From contig CAJINV010000023.1 in the NCBI GenBank assembly GCA_905178155.1, positions 32,576-81,687 of the forward strand: 49,112 nucleotides of DNA. The letters are read 5' to 3'. Below are positions 46,301-49,112 of this stretch, piece by piece; within the stretch, counting starts at the first letter, position 1; each line of letters starts with the position of its first letter. The translations under genes and the position numbers were made by a program. The DNA comes from Amoebophrya sp. A120. Its lineage: Eukaryota > Protista > Dinoflagellata. The notes beneath the pieces were generated by a model, which saw only the letters and a list, made by a program, of their open reading frames with translations, ran no database searches and was not told the origin of the DNA.

Positions 46301-49112
46301 TTCGACCACGCCAGCGTGCTTGAGGAAGTAGAATCCGTTCTGTTTCAAGATTGTGAATCACCAATGAGTTCGGCACGAAGCGTCGTGGAAGCCGCGATGC
46401 ATCACCAAAGTTCTTCTACTCCATTTCGACTGGAAAACGCCCAAAACGCAAACGAAATGAGCTCGATGAAAATGTTGCCGCCAAGTGCAGCAAGTGGTTC
46501 TTCATCGTCTTCAGCATCGTCTTGCGCACCGAAGATGTTGAACCAGCAGCTCGTCCCGACGTCGTCCTTCCTGGGCGCAGCTGCACCAGGAGGAATGGAA
46601 ATCGCAGAACTACAAGCTCATGGTGATCAAGCTGCTGACCAAGGATCTACTTGCTCTCCTGCGTTTGATGACTTGGATGTAAATCGTGATGCCAACGCTG
46701 CTCCCGACGTTGCGAAGGTGTCGGTCCACGACGAAAATAAAGCGGAGCCAAGTCCGGAGGTAGGTTCTTCTCGTACCGCTGGATTGTGCAGCTCTAGTAC
46801 CTCCTGCAGCTCTAGCGTGGAATCGACCTACCCCATCGTGGTCGGAGGTGGGAAAAGCAGCTGCACCAGTGGCACGACGACTTTTTCTCCTGTTGTTGAT
46901 GCTGATGGACTCGGAGAAAACGGCGAGGGGACCCTGTTTGGCGGAACTAGCGTTGTTCCGGGAGCCGCGCCTGCGAATGTTGAAAAATCCAGCACGTGCA
47001 GAGCCACCAGCAGCGCTGACAAACAAAACGGGGATAAAAATGTTGATCCTCGTAATATCAATGCTCAACTTCTTGCTGAAGACAAAGGCCTCAGTAAAAT
47101 TTCCGAAGCCGCTGTCGAGCAGGAGGTCGCCGTGGCGAGCACAAGCCGTACCGCAACCTACAGGGAGAACGAGGACAAGAAGATGCCGTCCACCTCTCCG
47201 GTCGTGCCGGTTGTTCCTTGTTCCAGATTAATAAAGCCGGTCGTCTCTGAGGCAGACTTGCTGCGCAGTATTCGCAAAAAAGAAAGGTCTTCTGAGCAAG
47301 AGCTGTGTTCTCGCAACGACGTAAAAATTGTATCCTCAACCACCCAAATCCAAAAGATGATTGGCGAAAATAAAGAAAACGCTCCTGGACAAGTTCAAAT
47401 CGCGTCGATGAATACAGACCCTCTCGCCGAGTCACGACCTGTGGAGAAGAAACTAGAGGAAGGTTCTTCCACAAAAATATCTTCCAGTTTGCTATTCCAG
47501 CGCGCTGCCCCGAAACGCGCCGCGGCGATGAAGTCGACGGGTCGTGGTGGCCAGGAGGATAACACTATTGAAACGGGCCAGGACATCACCATCACGGCAG
47601 TTCCGGCGCCAGGAACCAGCCCTAGTACGGATAAAACCGATGTCCTCGAGGATGTTCCCACACTATCATGCGCACAACAAACGAAAGATGAAAGTCAACC
47701 GGCTCCGCCTTCTTCACGTGAAAGTCAAGCGGCTCCGCCGTCTTGTCCACGACGAAAGAAAGGCAATAAAGTCCTCTCAGAAGCCGATCTGCTCGCGAGC
47801 ATGGTGCTATGGCCTTCTCAAACGTTACAATCTCAAACGTTACAATAGAATCTGGATTTTGTCTTGCATGAAGAGCATGATGAACGTATGTAGAGTTGCG
47901 CCTTTTGCAATACAAATTTCGCCAGATATCAATGGCGTTTTGGGTGCCGAAACTTGTCATGCGCAAGTCTATGGGACTACGGTAGATCATGCACTTCCTG
48001 CATCACAGATTTCCATATTCTATTGTAACGTTTGAGATTGTAACGTTTGAGCAGGTTATAGCTGCAAAAATCTACTTCGGCAAGAAAAGAAATGAAACTG
48101 GAAAAGCAGCAAGAGCCGGCCCCGGCGCAGCCAAAAATTACTTCTACACTACACGACGACCCCCGGGAGGATGAGGAACTGAAAAATCATACTGAACTTC
48201 AATCGGGAGAGCTAGTGGCTTCTAAACAGCTTCGTCAAGAAGACAAGGAAGAAGACGACCGCGGTAGTACTCAAGATGTTGAAAAAGGCGAAGCGACGAC
48301 GCTTGTTGAAGGACCACGAACTACGGAACCAGAACAACGAGAAATTTTTATCTCCAATGGAGAAGATGAAAAACGGGCAGTCGCAGACGAGCTCTGGAGC
48401 GACATTCTTGTAGTAGAACATGAACAACCGGAGAAGGAGAAAGAACAGAAGGCGGAGCATGATATTAGTAAACAAGCGGAGAAACAGCTGGAGCGAATTG
48501 TTCCAATTCCTCCTCTCGAGGTAGAAGAAGATAAAGCTCCTACTTCGACGGCTAACATGCTCGCGGAAGAGCCCGAGAGGAAAACGGGAATCGCGGAAAG
48601 CAAAGGCGTGATGATCGGGGGCGTTGTAGTACCAGCTGGTGCAAGAGAGGACATCGATACGTCGCCCCCGGTGGAAGAAGATGATCATCCTCAACATGTT
48701 GTTGAGACCGAAGAGCAAAGAAGAAAGCGGGAGGCGGCCGATAACCTCTGGGCCGATCTTGGAGGAGGTGCGTCGGGAACTTCTACATCCGAAAAAAACA
48801 AGAAAGGACGCGGTCTCACCCTGCTTTCAGCCGCCATCAAGCGGCCTGAGAATACTTCTTCTAAGGGACTTTTTTACAAGGCATCGGCGCCTAGGCCTGG
48901 TGCAGGAGCAGCTGCTGTCGTGCCTGCAAGTTCATCGAGTACAAGCGCCGCGGCTGGTGCCTCAGGTGATCTGGTAACCAAATGCGTGCGCGCGCGCGCG
49001 CAGAGCGCGCGCCGGCCCACGAAGCCGGCGCGCGCGCTCTGCGCGCTTGCGATATTGCTTAGCAAACGCAGCGCGAAGGCAGTTGCCGTTACCATATAGG
49101 GCAACCGCCGGG
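25380..49112 (+). CDS. Very long, highly interrupted gene (or several genes) encoding low-complexity, probably disordered protein (Arg/Ser-, Ala/Ser-, Glu- and Gly/Pro/Asp-rich blocks); runs off the window
   Basis: ATG 25380. Consecutive + strand ORFs (25763, 28133, 30773, 32612, 33106, 35075, 36788, 39946, 40656, 42390, 43744, 46316, 48092) join in frame at many junctions when an introner plus one TSD is removed. Continuity across 26210-27710, 31325-32290, 34200-35050 and 40169-40680 is not established. No domain recognised. Confidence 0.6.
25453..25710. mobile_element. Family A introner
   Basis: Family A TIRs; TSD GCGTT/GCGTT. Confidence 0.93.
25942..26090. mobile_element. Family B introner inserted in a (GGA)n poly-Gly tract
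   Basis: Family B TIRs; TSD GGAGG/GGAGG. Confidence 0.93.
27873..28109. mobile_element. Family F introner
   Basis: tatggcgttctcaa...ttgagaacgccata; TSD TCGTT/TCGTT. Confidence 0.93.
28421..28676. mobile_element. Family A introner
   Basis: Family A TIRs; TSD CATCG/CATCG. Confidence 0.93.
29207..29393. repeat. Minisatellite with a ~20-24 bp unit, ttggcccgctttgcggatgatt
   Basis: About 8 tandem copies. Confidence 0.95.
29393..29560. repeat. Minisatellite with a ~24 bp unit, ttggcttccgcttgtcggaaatt
   Basis: About 7 tandem copies abutting the previous array. Confidence 0.95.
30342..30593. mobile_element. Family A introner (reverse orientation relative to 19283-19534)
   Basis: TSD TAACT/TAACT. 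Confidence 0.95.
30646..30790. mobile_element. Family B introner
   Basis: TSD TCGAG/TCGAG. Confidence 0.95.
30950..31179. mobile_element. Degenerate introner that also fits a GT-AG intron (30949-31180)
   Basis: Weak TIR aaagttcgtca...gatcac / gtgattttgacgagcctttt; TSD GACGG/GAGGG; pyrimidine tract ttttctatttctttccatag. Confidence 0.7.
31325..31512. mobile_element. Truncated family C element (right TIR lost)
   Basis: tatcctgcgtaaaaacctttccacctcatagtca resembles the left ends at 17425 and 19841; ends in aaaacag. Confidence 0.6.
31596..31858. mobile_element. Family A introner
   Basis: TSD CCGCT/CCGCG; empty copy of the site at ~31873-31910. Confidence 0.9.
32293..32442. mobile_element. Family B introner
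   Basis: TSD CGTCT/CGTCT. Confidence 0.93.
32494..32661. mobile_element. Family B introner
   Basis: TSD TTTTC/CTTTC. Confidence 0.88.
32983..33261. mobile_element. Diverged family A introner (right end ACA)
   Basis: TSD TACCG/TACCG; joins ORFs 32612 and 33106. Confidence 0.88.
33578..33839. mobile_element. Family A introner
   Basis: TSD GGAGT/GGCGT. Confidence 0.9.
33971..34191. mobile_element. Family D introner (reverse orientation relative to 17765 and 22372)
   Basis: tatgacagtgcacaactcc...ggagttgtgcactgtcata; TSD TGTAT/TATAT. Confidence 0.9.
34483..34875. repeat. Tandem array of ~105-110 bp units, each with a 13-bp-stem hairpin
   Basis: ttccgctcgacgc-gccgg-gcgtcgagcggaa at 34592, 34701 and 34806, with a diverged copy at ~34485. 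Confidence 0.9.
36079..36228. mobile_element. Family B introner
   Basis: TSD GAGAA/GAGAA. Confidence 0.93.
36311..36583. mobile_element. Family A introner
   Basis: TSD GCCGG/GCCGA. Confidence 0.9.
36636..36794. mobile_element. Family B introner (left end TAC)
   Basis: TSD TTCCG/TTCCG. Confidence 0.9.
37552..37765 (+). repeat. Coding tandem repeat of SKGKGCGPAGASSTTT (~45-48 bp, about 4.5 copies)
   Basis: Visible in ORF 36788-38062. Confidence 0.9.
38005..38263. mobile_element. Family A introner (same orientation as 30342)
   Basis: TSD GCGAG/GCGAG. Confidence 0.95.
38412..38560. mobile_element. Family B introner
   Basis: TSD CCAGA/CTAGA; empty copy of the site at 38757-38810. Confidence 0.93.
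38631..38751. mobile_element. Short family B introner
   Basis: TSD TCGTT/ACGTT. Confidence 0.85.
38980..39920. mobile_element. Family A introner expanded to 941 bp by two nested insertions (39133-39289 and 39365-39876)
   Basis: TIRs intact; TSD TGCAC/TGCAC; nested TSD CAAGCCT at 39358 and 39877. Confidence 0.9.
40260..40640. repeat. GC-rich repeated hairpin units (tttgtcccg...cgggacaaa) inside a probable intron beginning GTAAGT at 40169
   Basis: Three hairpin copies near 40393, 40499 and 40540. Confidence 0.75.
42148..42382. mobile_element. Family F introner
   Basis: TSD GCCCG/GCCCG; joins ORFs 40656 and 42390. Confidence 0.93.
43542..43773 (+). other. GT-AG intron built from a damaged family F element plus a 21-bp exon duplication
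   Basis: gtcctgcttccctccaggtac at 43525-43545 and 43757-43777; F-type body between them; removal joins ORFs 42390 and 43744 in frame. Confidence 0.8.
43945..44345 (+). repeat. Coding Gly/Pro/Asp/Asn repeat (GNGPPSGD-like)
   Basis: ORF 43744-44544. Confidence 0.9.
44540..44708. mobile_element. Family B introner
   Basis: TSD GACCA/CACCA. Confidence 0.88.
44775..45054. mobile_element. Family A introner
   Basis: TSD ACTTT/ACTTT. Confidence 0.93.
45325..45591. mobile_element. Family G introner
   Basis: tatgacttgctcaaacgttacaatc...gattgtaacatctgagggggttata; TSD TCAGC/TCAGC. Confidence 0.9.
45682..45845. mobile_element. Degenerate family B introner
   Basis: tatgaaatgcaaaaac...cgatactttttcacaggata; TSD GGGCT/AGGCA. 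Confidence 0.75.
45918..46300. mobile_element. Family F introner containing a (GGGGTGGCARC)n minisatellite
   Basis: TSD TTCGA/TTCGA; 11-bp array at ~46046-46245. Confidence 0.92.
47808..48060. mobile_element. Family G introner
   Basis: tatggccttctcaaacgttacaatc...gattgtaacgtttgagcaggttata; TSD GGTGC/GCTGC; joins ORFs 46316 and 48092. Confidence 0.9.

Noticed and set aside
1-49112. Autonomous transposase, reverse transcriptase or recombinase for the introners or the capture array
   Set aside because: No DDE, RT, HUH or tyrosine-recombinase motifs were recognisable in the ORF track; an HMM search on de-intronised sequence would be needed to exclude one fully.

Overview
Eukaryotic, intron-rich protist DNA. 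There are no operons, RNA genes or autonomous transposase that I can recognise. The window is dominated by about 50 short (roughly 120-340 bp) MITE-like elements in at least 8 sequence families (my labels A-H). Almost all start TAT, end ATA, carry terminal inverted repeats (TIRs) and are flanked by 5-bp direct repeats (TSDs). They sit inside coding sequence, and removing each one plus one TSD copy restores the reading frame, so they behave as non-canonical introns. This matches the inverted-repeat introner elements described in the parasitic dinoflagellate Amoebophrya (Farhat et al. 2021); the taxon assignment is inference. The one clearly recognisable gene is an Hsp110/Hsp70-like protein with a C-terminal TPR domain (17027-22659, +), carrying 11 introners and 3-4 GT-AG introns. 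A very long low-complexity + strand gene or gene set runs from 25380 to the window end with about 30 introners. The most unusual structure is at 6615-13207: four identical 41-53 bp direct repeats, apparently exon sequence of one host gene (5734-14022), separate three unrelated 1.7-2.9 kb genomic fragments. This looks like serial, site-specific DNA capture with long target duplications. Coordinates were counted by hand and may be off by a base or two.
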